Notes: generated by a model not told the origin, from the letters alone. Numbered from the stretch's first letter, positions 17,989 through 26,892 are shown. The stretch: DNA of 32,000 nt from Vibrio alginolyticus NBRC 15630 = ATCC 17749 (GCF_000354175.2 NC_022359.1:120001-152000), one strand, 5' to 3'. Numbers and translations are program-made.

Positions 17989-18824
17989 AAGACAATAAGA
18001 TGAAGTTTGGTATCAACTACATCGATACCCAATCGCCACTTCATAAGTTGAATGGCATTACTAAGTTCTTGCTTTTCATTGCTTGGGTAACGGTGGTATT
18101 GACCACATTTGACTTGCGAATCATCGCGCTGTTGATCGTGCTGGGTTTGGGCTTATTGAAAATGACCAAAGTGCCCTTTCATGTCTACAAACCGCTGTTA
18201 TTCGGTACAGGCACGGTATTACTGATCAATGCCCTGTTTATGTTCGCGTTAGCACCGCAACAAGGTACTGAGTTCATGGGTTCATCAACGGTTTTACTCT
18301 CGTTACCCGGTAATTACTCGCTCACTCAAGAGACATTGTTTTACCTAGTAACAGTGACGTTGAAGTACTTCAGCATGTTCCCAATCGCGTTGGTGTTTGT
18401 ATTTACCACTCATCCGACAGAGTTTTCAGCCAGCTTGAACCGTTTAGGTGTGCCTTACAAAATCGCCTATGCCGTAAGCTTAACGCTGCGCTACTTGCCG
18501 GAAGTGAAAAAGGACTTTGTTAACATCATGCACGCGCAACAAGCACGCGGAGTAGAACTGAGCAAGAAGGCTCCGTTGTTCACTCGTATGAAGAACGTCG
18601 CGAAGATTCTTGGACCTCTGATTTTCTCTAGTTTAGACAGAGCCGATCAAATCTCAAACGCGATGACGCTACGTGGTTTTGGCCGCCACTCCTCTCGCAC
18701 TTGGTACAGCTTAAAACCACTGACCAAAGCCGATATGATCTGCATGGCCTGGATTGCGGCGATAGTGATTGCTGCGATCAGCAAGCGTGTGATGGACACA
18801 CAACTGTTCTGGTATCCGTTTTAA
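17985..18824 (+). CDS. ECF transporter transmembrane (T) component, EcfT/CbiQ family
   Basis: 279 aa, polytopic. ATGA overlap with the ATPase stop. The conserved ARG-containing coupling-helix region is present (MHAQQARGVEL ... ALRGF-like MTLRGFG). An alternative start exists at 18000. Confidence 0.8.
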   Translation: MKDNKMKFGINYIDTQSPLHKLNGITKFLLFIAWVTVVLTTFDLRIIALLIVLGLGLLKMTKVPFHVYKPLLFGTGTVLLINALFMFALAPQQGTEFMGSSTVLLSLPGNYSLTQETLFYLVTVTLKYFSMFPIALVFVFTTHPTEFSASLNRLGVPYKIAYAVSLTLRYLPEVKKDFVNIMHAQQARGVELSKKAPLFTRMKNVAKILGPLIFSSLDRADQISNAMTLRGFGRHSSRTWYSLKPLTKADMICMAWIAAIVIAAISKRVMDTQLFWYPF

Positions 18825-18846
18825 ATTCTGAAGCTTCAAACTGAAC

Positions 18847-18876
18847 ATAACGTGGTTAGTGTTGTGACCACGTTAT
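18847..18876. terminator. Hairpin between the convergent ECF-T and yrhK-like genes
   Basis: ataacgtggt-tagtgttgtg-accacgttat, a 10-bp perfect stem. Confidence 0.6.
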
Positions 18877-18946
18877 CTTCCGTCTTTCCCTTCGATAACT
18901 CGCCTGCTGGCTTCTTGCTTGCAAGTATTCAAAAGAAGCGGTGATT

Positions 18947-19228
18947 TCAGCGGCTCACTGATGTGCCAGAAAGTTGCTTATTCAAACGACCAACATGAAC
19001 TAAACTCATCAGTTTTATCAGGGGCTTAATGATCAACTGCGCACTGCCTACAATGAAAAGCCAAGTACCACTTTCAATCAACGAATCATTCAAAAAGAAA
19101 AAGCTACCAATTAAAAACCAAATAGCAATGAGTAGGTCGTTTGCAGCACCTAACGCCTCATAGCGGCGCTGAATAACGATGTGACGGCTTCCTAGATCTA
19201 AATCCAACTCTCTGCCATGTATCTGCAC
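18947..19228 (-). CDS. Small membrane protein, YrhK-like
   Basis: 93 aa with two TM helices. RRYEALGAANDLLIAIWFLIGSFFFL....GTWLFIVGSAQLIIKP resembles the YrhK family as I recall it. Confidence 0.55.
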   Translation of the reverse strand: MQIHGRELDLDLGSRHIVIQRRYEALGAANDLLIAIWFLIGSFFFLNDSLIESGTWLFIVGSAQLIIKPLIKLMSLVHVGRLNKQLSGTSVSR

Positions 19229-19349
19229 TGTATAGCTCCCCTCTTATTGTTTCGCGTCAGTTATGCCCAAGTTATTTCGAAATACTTAGTTCTAAACCCT
19301 AACGGACGTAGCATGCATTGACAACCATTAGGGGGATTATCTATTTGCA

Positions 19350-19381
19350 ATAAAAAGAAAAGGACGCATAAGCACCCTTTT
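19350..19381 (-). terminator. Terminator after the MFS transporter gene
   Basis: On the minus strand: gggtgc-ttat-gcgtcc (two G-U pairs) followed by ttttctttttatt. Confidence 0.55.
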
Positions 19382-19434
19382 TAGTGAGTCTAATTACAGG
19401 TATTCGCTTTAATGATTAGATAGTGAGTACCAAC

Positions 19435-20616
19435 TTAACTCCACTTCAACAAGCGAGTTTCGTTGCCTTCTTCCGGCTTCGCTGGAATATTGAGTGACAA
19501 CAGCAAGCTCACTGCTGCCATACCAGCGCCGATGTAAAATACGCTAGCAGGTGAAACCAGCCAGATGACACCAAACGTAACAGGTATTACAACTGCAGCA
19601 ATATGGTTAATCGTAAACGCAACGCCTGCGGTCGACGCCATATCGGCAGGATCGGCAATTTTCTGGAAGTAGGTTTTAATCGCAAGCGCTAACGCGAAAA
19701 ATAAATGATCGACAACATACAATGCTGCCGCCCACTCTGCCGTTTGCACCAAACCGTACCCGACGAACACGAAGATCAAACCGACGTATTCAAACATCAA
19801 CGCTTTGCGCTCACCAACAACGCCGATAAAACGGCCTATTCGCTTCGCAAACAAGAAGTTAAAGACATAGTTAATCAGGAACAACAACGTAATATCTGCG
19901 GCGGAGTAACCAAACTTTTCTACCATCAAGAAACCAGCGAACACCGTAAAAATTTGACGGCGTGCTCCACTCATAAACGTAAGCGCATAGTATAACCAGT
20001 AACGTTTACGCAGGATGAGCTTCTTGTTCTGAGGTACTTTTGTCTTAAATTGTGGGAAGGCAAATGCCATCACCAAAATGAGCACAAAACCTAAACCACC
20101 AGCCATTAAATAGACCGTTTTAAAATCAAGTTTGAGCTGTTCGAGCGAAACCCAAATGGCGCCGTAGGTAAACAGAGAAGCCAAAGCTCCAACAGAAATA
20201 AACTTACCCAGCATTTCTGGCGCTTCTTCTTTAGATAGCCATTGTAAAGACAAAGACTGCTTGAGTGTTTCAAAGTAATGGAAGCCGGTGGACATTAACA
20301 AGGTTGTAAAAAGTAGACCGTACAAAGTGGGAAAATAACCTGTTAATGCCGTACCAAGCGTAAGCATCGCCAAAGAGACGAGCATAAAGCGTTGCTCTCG
20401 GATAAACAGCAATACAAACACGGCGGTAAAGGCCAAAAAACCCGGAATTTCACGCACACTTTGCAATAAGCCTATGTCGGCACCATCAAAGTTTGCTTTC
20501 TCGATAACAAAGTTGTTCAACAACGCCATCCAGGTAGAAAAAGCAATGGGCACGATAATGGAAATTAACAGGAGGAAATTTTGCGGCGTTCTCCAGCCGT
20601 GCGATGAGGTAGTCAT
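19435..20616 (-). CDS. MFS transporter; substrate unknown
   Basis: 393 aa with about 12 predicted TM helices and a central loop (KTKVPQNKKLILRKRY) typical of the 6+6 MFS topology. Confidence 0.8.
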   Translation of the reverse strand: MTTSSHGWRTPQNFLLLISIIVPIAFSTWMALLNNFVIEKANFDGADIGLLQSVREIPGFLAFTAVFVLLFIREQRFMLVSLAMLTLGTALTGYFPTLYGLLFTTLLMSTGFHYFETLKQSLSLQWLSKEEAPEMLGKFISVGALASLFTYGAIWVSLEQLKLDFKTVYLMAGGLGFVLILVMAFAFPQFKTKVPQNKKLILRKRYWLYYALTFMSGARRQIFTVFAGFLMVEKFGYSAADITLLFLINYVFNFLFAKRIGRFIGVVGERKALMFEYVGLIFVFVGYGLVQTAEWAAALYVVDHLFFALALAIKTYFQKIADPADMASTAGVAFTINHIAAVVIPVTFGVIWLVSPASVFYIGAGMAAVSLLLSLNIPAKPEEGNETRLLKWS

Positions 20617-20815
20617 GATGTTTCCTTTAAATATGAAGGCATCATCATAGCTTTAAATGTAACAAATTCGCAATATCATTATTATTTTCAGCCCAGAGCA
20701 AGCAGATATGGCTGAGGGATATTGTTATGAAGACAAACATCGCACTTAACTCCTTGGCGAAGCGCGATGTTCAAGTATCAAGAGAAATAAATCATGAGTA
20801 AATGTGCTCAGTGGC

Positions 20816-21670
20816 TTAATCAATGACTTTTACTGATAGGCGATTTTTAAATTCAAACACATGTTCTGGACATACATCCAAACAACGACCACAGCTAATG
20901 CAGTTTTGATCCATAACTCGACGATCTCCCTCTTTCAAAGGCTGCCGAAGCACTTCTGGTTCTGGGCAAACGTAAAAGCAATCCATGCATTTGGTGCAAT
21001 CTTCGCGGCGAACAGCAGTAACGCGCAACAGGCTTTTTCGGCCTATCACGCCATAGGTAGCCCCCAGTGGACATAAGTGCCCACACCACCCATGCTCAAC
21101 CAAGAGTAAATCCAACACGAACACTAGGGCGATCAACACCCAACCTGCGCCCATACCAAACACCAACCCGCGATGCAGTGCCGCCACCGGATCTAACCAT
21201 GTCCAAAGAATTGCGCCAGACAGCGCACTGCCCAACATCAAAACAGGGATCAGCCAATAACGAATCACGGGAGACCAACGATAGCTCGCTTTAATGTTGA
21301 GCTTCCGACGCAACCACGCCGCCAAGTCTGTCACGATGTTCAACGGGCACACCCAAGCACAAAATGCGCGCGGCGCCAAAATCGCGTAAAACACCACGAC
21401 AATCACTACGCCTAACAACGCATTAAACTCCGGAACATGCCCTGTCGCCAAAGCTTGAAGCACAATTAACGGGTCACTTAACGGCACGGTATCGAGCAAC
21501 ATACTTGATGACAGATTACCAGTTAGAATTCCCAGCGTCGGCCCAGCCATAAACAGCGCAATGATGGTGAACTGACATAGCCGACGTAAAATCAAAAACC
21601 GATGCGCGCGCCACCAACCAAGCTTTTCAAGCGCTTCTTTGCCAGCATTTTGAGCTAAATTCTTTGCCAT
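20816..21670 (-). CDS. napH: NapH/MauN-type membrane polyferredoxin (quinol dehydrogenase subunit)
   Basis: 284 aa with four TM helices. Two CX3CP motifs (CAWVCP, CGHLCP) and two C-terminal 4Fe-4S motifs (CTKCMDCFYVCP, CISCGRCLDVCP). TAATG overlap with napG. Confidence 0.85.
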   Translation of the reverse strand: MAKNLAQNAGKEALEKLGWWRAHRFLILRRLCQFTIIALFMAGPTLGILTGNLSSSMLLDTVPLSDPLIVLQALATGHVPEFNALLGVVIVVVFYAILAPRAFCAWVCPLNIVTDLAAWLRRKLNIKASYRWSPVIRYWLIPVLMLGSALSGAILWTWLDPVAALHRGLVFGMGAGWVLIALVFVLDLLLVEHGWCGHLCPLGATYGVIGRKSLLRVTAVRREDCTKCMDCFYVCPEPEVLRQPLKEGDRRVMDQNCISCGRCLDVCPEHVFEFKNRLSVKVID

Positions 21671-22440
21671 TACTTACCTCCTTTTAGCGATTCAAGCGCA
21701 CCTTCCGGCACAGGCGTCTCACTAGGGAGGATATTTTCGAGTGGTTTGTCGATCTCTTTCCAACCAAAATTGTAGTGGCTGCCCACTTTGCCTTTCGCCA
21801 AATCCGTCGGGACGACTTTAATAGCAGCGACATCCAACACGCACGCTTGTTCACACTTACCGCATCCGGTACACACTTCCGAATTCACTGTAGGGATAAG
21901 TTTGGCGTGATAACCGGTTCGGTCGTTGTGAACCATCTCTAACGTGATGGCTTCATCAATCAGCGGACAAACGCGATAACAAACATCGCATCGTAACCCT
22001 TGCCAGTTAAGGCAAGTTTCATGGTCAATAAGAACCGCTGTACCCATTCGAGCATCATCAATATCGGTTAATTTCGGATCCAGCGCCCCACTCGGACAAG
22101 CGACAACACAAGGAATGTCTTCGCACATTTCGCAGGGAATATCGCGTGCAGTAAAGTAAGGTGAGCCAGTCGCGACGGGTGAAAGTAATGTCGCAAGTTT
22201 CAAGGTATCGTAAGGACATGCCTGAACACACAAGCCACATCGAATACAAGCTGATTCGAAATCGCCTTCCGGCAGTGCACCAGGCGGACGAATAGGCACA
22301 CCTTTGGTTTCTCGAGCTTGGCTTTGTAGCGATTGTAAGCCCAATACACACGCAGCTGCGCCAACACCAGCCGCAGTTCGAGCTGTATCACGCAAAAATC
22401 GGCGCCGACTTTGCGATATTTTAGACTGAGAGGATTTCAT
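21670..22440 (-). CDS. napG: NapG/MauM-type periplasmic ferredoxin with a Tat signal
   Basis: 256 aa. Twin-arginine signal SRRRFLRD. Four Cys clusters: [28 protein letters not shown]....[20 protein letters not shown]. Confidence 0.85.
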   Translation of the reverse strand: MKSSQSKISQSRRRFLRDTARTAAGVGAAACVLGLQSLQSQARETKGVPIRPPGALPEGDFESACIRCGLCVQACPYDTLKLATLLSPVATGSPYFTARDIPCEMCEDIPCVVACPSGALDPKLTDIDDARMGTAVLIDHETCLNWQGLRCDVCYRVCPLIDEAITLEMVHNDRTGYHAKLIPTVNSEVCTGCGKCEQACVLDVAAIKVVPTDLAKGKVGSHYNFGWKEIDKPLENILPSETPVPEGALESLKGGK

Positions 22441-22507
22441 GCTATTTCCTCAACAAAACTCCCTTATCAAGTTAAGCATAAATAGCCCTAAACGTGTCGT
22501 TTCCCTA

Positions 22508-22523
22508 TACCTCATAGGAGGTA
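22508..22523 (-). promoter_or_regulatory. NarP/NarL-like 7-2-7 heptamer pair upstream of napG
   Basis: TACCTCA-TA-GGAGGTA compared with the consensus TACYYMT-NN-AKRRGTA (6/7 + 6/7), a near-perfect inverted repeat. It lies 23 nt upstream of a TATTTA -10-like hexamer (22484..22479, minus strand). Confidence 0.4.
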
Positions 22524-22536
22524 ACCCCATCCTCTA

Positions 22537-22550
22537 TTGATTCAAGTCAA
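22537..22550 (-). promoter_or_regulatory. FNR-like box upstream of napG
   Basis: TTGAT-tcaa-GTCAA compared with the consensus TTGAT-N4-ATCAA (9 of 10). It is about 100 nt upstream of the napG ATG and 13 nt upstream of the NarP-like site. Confidence 0.45.
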
Positions 22551-22834
22551 CTGACGCACAGTGCCGTCGTCACAGTTTGACTAAATGCGTTTATTTACTG
22601 CGACATGAAATTCACCACGATACTCTGCAGTACGCGCCATTCTCAGTACAATAATTCAACACCTTTGCAATCTACTCGCTCAATTCGATGATAAATCACT
22701 ACTAAAAATTCAAAAAATGACATCATAACAAGCTAATTTAAAAGGCATTTATCCATTAAACATAAAAAACACTATCCAAATAAGAAAACTGTGGTTAGAT
22801 TAAAAATTAAAACTAAAAAGCGAAGGAGAGAGGC

Positions 22835-23335
22835 ATGGAAATTATCGTACGTCCAACGACCGTCGAAGACGCAGCGGCACTCGTAGAAATCTATTCACAA
22901 CCAAAAGCACAACGTGAAACCCTGCAACTCCCAAAGCCTTCGCTCGCGATGTGGGTGGAAAGATTGTCAAACATACCTGATGGTGTTTATAGCTATGTCG
23001 CTGAAATTGATGGTAAAGTCGTCGGTAATATTGGCTTTCACCACTCTCTACGTCCAAGAACGATGCACACGGCATCGTTTGGCATCGGAGTACATGATAG
23101 TTTCCACGGACTCGGTATTGGTAGCAAGTTGATAGAAACAGTCACTGAACTAGCAGATAACTGGTTAAATGTGAGAAGAATTCAGATAGAGGTCAATGCC
23201 GATAACGACGCCGCCATTGGGCTTTATAAAAAGCATGGATTTCAAATTGAGGGTGAAGCGATTGACGGTTCCTTCCGTGATGGTGAATTCATCAATACCT
23301 ATTACATGGCGCGCATCAGACCAGGCCAAAGATAA
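22835..23335 (+). CDS. GNAT-family N-acetyltransferase
   Basis: 166 aa. Acetyl-CoA binding motif region (H)GLGIGSKLIE and AIGLYKKHGFQIEG. Strong SD aaggagag. Confidence 0.85.
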   Translation: MEIIVRPTTVEDAAALVEIYSQPKAQRETLQLPKPSLAMWVERLSNIPDGVYSYVAEIDGKVVGNIGFHHSLRPRTMHTASFGIGVHDSFHGLGIGSKLIETVTELADNWLNVRRIQIEVNADNDAAIGLYKKHGFQIEGEAIDGSFRDGEFINTYYMARIRPGQR

Positions 23336-23338
23336 AAC

Positions 23339-23365
23339 AAAGCCTCCTACTAATTGGAGGCTTTT
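23339..23365. terminator. Bidirectional terminator between the convergent GNAT and kinase genes
   Basis: aaagcctcc-tactaatt-ggaggctt with T-rich runs on both strands. Confidence 0.75.
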
Positions 23366-23381
23366 CTTTTTAAACTTCGAC

Positions 23382-24359
23382 TCACTTTCGTAAGTAAGCC
23401 AACGCTCTGCGAGTCAATGCTTCTGTGTATGGATTGATCTTCCAGTGGTCGGGACTCCAACCTTTCACAAATCGCTGAAAGTCTGCCCAAGCCACAGCAA
23501 ACAAAGGACGCCATTCACGCTCGACTTCATTAGGGTCAAGATTCGGTTGATAGCCCATTAGCGCGTGTTGCAACTGAGCAAAATACGTATCCAAAACCCA
23601 AACTTCCATCTCTGCACAACGTTCTGGCTTAACGGCACTACTCATAAACAGTGCCACATCTTTCATGGCACACCCACATCCAACGTATTGAAAGTCAACC
23701 GCAGCAACGTTTGATTCTTCTTCATCAAAACAGAAGTTCGCCAATTTGGCATCACCGTGTACTAGTGTTTTAAACTTAGCTTGCGAAAGCGTTTGATCAA
23801 TCAATTGAGCCGTATTTTGTAGCTCAGTGTCTTGCAATGCTTCAAGCTCGTCGGGTCTGGTTGCTAAGTGCCAGTATGTACCGATATGCCACAACTTATC
23901 AGAACGAACATTGATGTATCGCGCATGAAAGTTCGCCAACCAAGTGAGGCAGGCTTGTAGATGCTTTAGCTGTGCATCTGTGATGACTTTTGGAAAGCCC
24001 ACCTCGGCGAGATCATCCATCACAATGAGCCATTCATTCTCCGATTGGAACGTTTTTAGACCTTGTGGTACTCGGCAGCGAGTATCCACCCCTCCAGAAA
24101 AATACTCATACCAATTCACTTCCACCTGATAAGAGTGCAACTTTCTTTGATGAGAACGGTCCGTATTCCAGCCTCTAGGATGCTCTGAAGGCTTAGGGAG
24201 TTTTACATGCTTAATGATCACCGAACGAGTAGAATAAGTAACTCGGACTAACTCCCCATAGCCTCCCCATAGCGATTGTATGACTTCTACAGAGCGGTAA
24301 TTACCGAGATTGAGTTCCTGGCCAATATTTTGGTAGCATTGGTGGTTGTTACTCATCAT
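23382..24359 (-). CDS. Small-molecule kinase of the APH/choline-kinase/EcKL (DUF1679-like) phosphotransferase fold
   Basis: The ORF is 344 aa as given in the track. I place the start at the ATG at 24359 (MMSNNH...), because it forms an ATGA overlap with the upstream gene's stop. Catalytic loop HGDAKLANF and a DFQ(Y)VG metal-binding motif are present. Confidence 0.75.
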   Translation of the reverse strand: MMSNNHQCYQNIGQELNLGNYRSVEVIQSLWGGYGELVRVTYSTRSVIIKHVKLPKPSEHPRGWNTDRSHQRKLHSYQVEVNWYEYFSGGVDTRCRVPQGLKTFQSENEWLIVMDDLAEVGFPKVITDAQLKHLQACLTWLANFHARYINVRSDKLWHIGTYWHLATRPDELEALQDTELQNTAQLIDQTLSQAKFKTLVHGDAKLANFCFDEEESNVAAVDFQYVGCGCAMKDVALFMSSAVKPERCAEMEVWVLDTYFAQLQHALMGYQPNLDPNEVEREWRPLFAVAWADFQRFVKGWSPDHWKINPYTEALTRRALAYLRK

Positions 24360-24631
24360 GCGATCAGATGTGACCACGTTTGGTTCTTCTCCATATAGTG
24401 AATAACATATGGGCAAACTGGTTTGATTTGATAACCGAGTGACTCAATTTCTGGCAACACCGCTTCCATCATCACTTTTCCGTACCCCTTACCTCGCAGT
24501 GCTTCAGGAACAACCGTTGATGTAATGTGCATGACATTACCCTTAAGCTGATAAATCACCTTGGCTTTATAACCCTGCTCTAAATCAACCCAGAATGTAC
24601 TATTCGTGGTCTCATGAGTTACTTTATGCAT
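24356..24631 (-). CDS. Small single-domain GNAT-like acetyltransferase (YjdJ/GNAT_acetyltran type)
   Basis: 91 aa. V.EALRGKGYGKVMMEAVL....LGY.I.P.CPYV..(Y/W) is the pattern of the ~90-aa mini-GNAT family. Confidence 0.65.
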   Translation of the reverse strand: MHKVTHETTNSTFWVDLEQGYKAKVIYQLKGNVMHITSTVVPEALRGKGYGKVMMEAVLPEIESLGYQIKPVCPYVIHYMEKNQTWSHLIA

Positions 24632-24758
24632 ATCTTGCTCTCTAATTTTTGTTACAGATTGATTGAATCAAACTATATCACTGAATAAAATCGATACCAT
24701 GCGAGAGTGCTGCTTCGCCTCACGCGATTACCTTCTTACATCAGGTACGACAATTATA

Positions 24759-25505
24759 ATGAGAAATATGAGCCCAATTGCCAGAGACGGCAAGCTACCT
24801 CTGCAAAGCAAGAAGGCACCAGAACGTCAGGCAAGTACATTAAATAGCACCGATGCAATGGCAATGGTCGAACATGGCAGTGAAGTGAGCTTAAACGTCA
24901 CCACCCCCGTTGGTACAAAGTTTATTACAACCAGCACATTTGTTGGCTGTCACTCAAATAATACTGCATTGATAGAGGTTCCGAACATCTCCGATGAAGA
25001 CTTGAAGTTCTATTTTCAAGAAGGCTTTTGGATCAATGTAAAAGCCTACTCTCATCGAGGTGAAGGGGCCGTTATCCCATTTCGGGCCCAATTACAGCAT
25101 CGACTAGGCGATCCGTACCCAATTTTGGTGCTAGACCTACCCAACACTATGCAGGTCTTTCAGCTTCGCAAAGAAGTGCGTTACGAAGTAAATTTGAGAG
25201 CGCGTGTTTGTTTAGAAGCCTATCGAACTGAATGCGAAATAAGAGATTTATCTCGTAGTGGCTGTCGTTTTGTAACATCACCAATGAGCCGACCACTTCA
25301 GGTTGGTGACCACGTTTCATTGGATCTAACGATGCCCGGAGAAAGTCGTATGCTAGCGCCGTTGCGAGGTCGTATTTGTAATTTACAAAAATCAACGCAT
25401 TATGCTCGCTACGGAATGGAGTTTGATGAGGTTGGTAAAAACAACGCTAAAAACCTCCTCAGTCACCTCAAATTTGATGGGACTAAGCTCACACTAAAAA
25501 GATAG
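24759..25505 (+). CDS. YcgR-like c-di-GMP receptor (PilZN + PilZ domains)
   Basis: The PilZ signature RxxxR is present (LRKEVRYEV), as is D/NxSxxG (RDLSRSGCRF). The start is uncertain: the track's TTG at 24663, or ATG at 24699, 24759 or 24768. A length of ~245-248 aa matches YcgR/PlzD-type proteins. Confidence 0.75.
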   Translation: MRNMSPIARDGKLPLQSKKAPERQASTLNSTDAMAMVEHGSEVSLNVTTPVGTKFITTSTFVGCHSNNTALIEVPNISDEDLKFYFQEGFWINVKAYSHRGEGAVIPFRAQLQHRLGDPYPILVLDLPNTMQVFQLRKEVRYEVNLRARVCLEAYRTECEIRDLSRSGCRFVTSPMSRPLQVGDHVSLDLTMPGESRMLAPLRGRICNLQKSTHYARYGMEFDEVGKNNAKNLLSHLKFDGTKLTLKR

Positions 25506-25557
25506 ATTTGATAACCCCTATCGCTTATCAAGAAGCTTTGAAGTGCTAGAAAACAAG

Positions 25558-25585
25558 AAACCCCTTACTTTTCAGTAAGGGGTTT
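25558..25585. terminator. Bidirectional terminator between the convergent PilZ and porin genes
   Basis: aaaccccttact-tttc-agtaaggggttt with T-rich flanks on both strands. Confidence 0.8.
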
Positions 25586-25629
25586 TTATTTACTAAGAAT
25601 AAGGCAGTATCTTAGATAAGAGTCATGAC

Positions 25630-26610
25630 TTAGAAGTCGTAACGTAGACCTAGCGCTAGCTCATCTTTTTCAGCCGCGCCTTCGTTATCCATTAGATCGA
25701 AGTTGTATGATGCGTAGCCACGGAAGTTAGGCTTGAAGTAGTAAGTTACATCAACAGCTAGGTTTTCTACAGTATCTGCGTCTTCTAGTTCACCTTTGTT
25801 GAACGTAGAAGTGAATACAGTTTGACCCATAGTGTAAGCAGCGGCTAGTTCGTAGCCTTTGTAATCAAAAGTCTTACCTGCAACATCCATATCCGCGCCA
25901 GTGTAGTTACCAGCGAAGTAGAAGTCACCTACAGAGTATGCAGCTACCAGCATGAACTCATCGCTGTCGTTTTGATCTGCGTAACCAGCACCTAGTTCAA
26001 AACCAGTGTTAGCAAACGCGTAAACACCAGATAGAGAGAAGCCATCTTCCTCGTTGTCTGTAAAGCCTTGTGCATCTGTTGTGCGATCAGCAAAACGGTA
26101 GCTAGCGCGTACAGCTAGTTGCTCGAATTGGCCTTTGTAAGACAGCATGTTATCTGTACGGTCAGAAACAGGCAGTTTAAGTGCTGCTGTGTTACCGTGG
26201 TAAGCCATAATGTCAGTAAAGTCAGTAAGAACCACTAGTGCGCCGTCGTTTTTACCGTAAGTTACTTCACCGTATTTGCCACCCAGACCCGCATAAGCGT
26301 AACGAGTTTCAAGACTGTCTGTCTCACCAACTTTGTTACCTTTAGAATCAAATACATCATAAGTTTCAGTTACAAACTCACCTTCCCAAAAACCAACGCC
26401 GTATAGGTTCTCATTGATTTCCTGTTTGCCTAGGAAGTTAAGACGGATGCGAGTACGGTCTTCTGCCTTACCATCCATCATAGAAAGACGCGCTTCAGCG
26501 CGGCCGCCCATCTCAAGAGAAGTGCCATCTTGGTTGTATAGTTCTGAAGCGACAACTTGAGATCCTGATGCCATTAGCGCCACTGCTACAGCTAAAGTTT
26601 TTAATTTCAT
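25630..26610 (-). CDS. OmpU-family general porin
   Basis: Collinear with V. cholerae OmpU as I recall it: GTSLE.GGRAEARLS..DGKA.D..R.RLNFLGK.EIN..LYGVGF.EGEF, YGEVTYGKNDGAL.V.TDFTDIM.YHGNTAA, YYFKPNFR.Y.SY.F.L.D, and the C-terminal LRYDF. The start is probably MKLKTLAVA at 26610 (signal peptide ...VVASE) rather than 26628. I cannot tell an ortholog from a paralog. Confidence 0.88.
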   Translation of the reverse strand: MKLKTLAVAVALMASGSQVVASELYNQDGTSLEMGGRAEARLSMMDGKAEDRTRIRLNFLGKQEINENLYGVGFWEGEFVTETYDVFDSKGNKVGETDSLETRYAYAGLGGKYGEVTYGKNDGALVVLTDFTDIMAYHGNTAALKLPVSDRTDNMLSYKGQFEQLAVRASYRFADRTTDAQGFTDNEEDGFSLSGVYAFANTGFELGAGYADQNDSDEFMLVAAYSVGDFYFAGNYTGADMDVAGKTFDYKGYELAAAYTMGQTVFTSTFNKGELEDADTVENLAVDVTYYFKPNFRGYASYNFDLMDNEGAAEKDELALGLRYDF

Positions 26611-26809
26611 TTTTATTTTCCATATCATTGTTTTATATGTGTTTTCTCACCAGAAAAACAGGACTTTTCTGTACCAACGAGAAAACTGGCGGCATAGTAG
26701 CAGCTGTTATTTTTCACGCAACGTGTTGAATAAACAGCGCTTATAGAAGAAAACACCACTTAAAATGACGATATGAATACCTCTCAACCATCAAGTTATC
26801 GGTTGAGTT

Positions 26810-26892
26810 AAAAAAAATGTTCGCGTCAAAAAAAAATTGACGAAAAAAATGTAAAAACAATATCACAAAACGTGATATTGCCCGCAAAAAAA
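26810..26892. repeat. A-tract cluster with two embedded inverted repeats upstream of the porin gene
   Basis: A runs of 8, 9, 7, 5, 4 and 7 begin at 26810, 26828, 26843, 26853, 26867 and 26886. Inverted repeat CGTCAA-A7-TTGACG lies at 26824-26842. Inverted repeat CAATATCAC-aaaac-GTGATATTG lies at 26858-26880. Confidence 0.6.

Noticed and set aside
24360-24416. N-terminal extensions implied by the ORF track for the kinase (to 24416), porin (to 26628), PilZ protein (from 24663), Lon-like protease (to 31318) and the unknown protein (from 31464)
   Set aside because: In each case an internal ATG has a better SD or an ATGA coupling, and gives a sensible signal peptide or family-typical length. The longer forms would overlap neighbouring genes or lack ribosome-binding sites.
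26810-26892. ToxR boxes (TNAAA-N5-TNAAA) upstream of the OmpU-like porin
   Set aside because: I looked for the direct-repeat motif on both strands within the A-tract region and found only single half-sites. I cannot support a specific ToxR site from the sequence alone.
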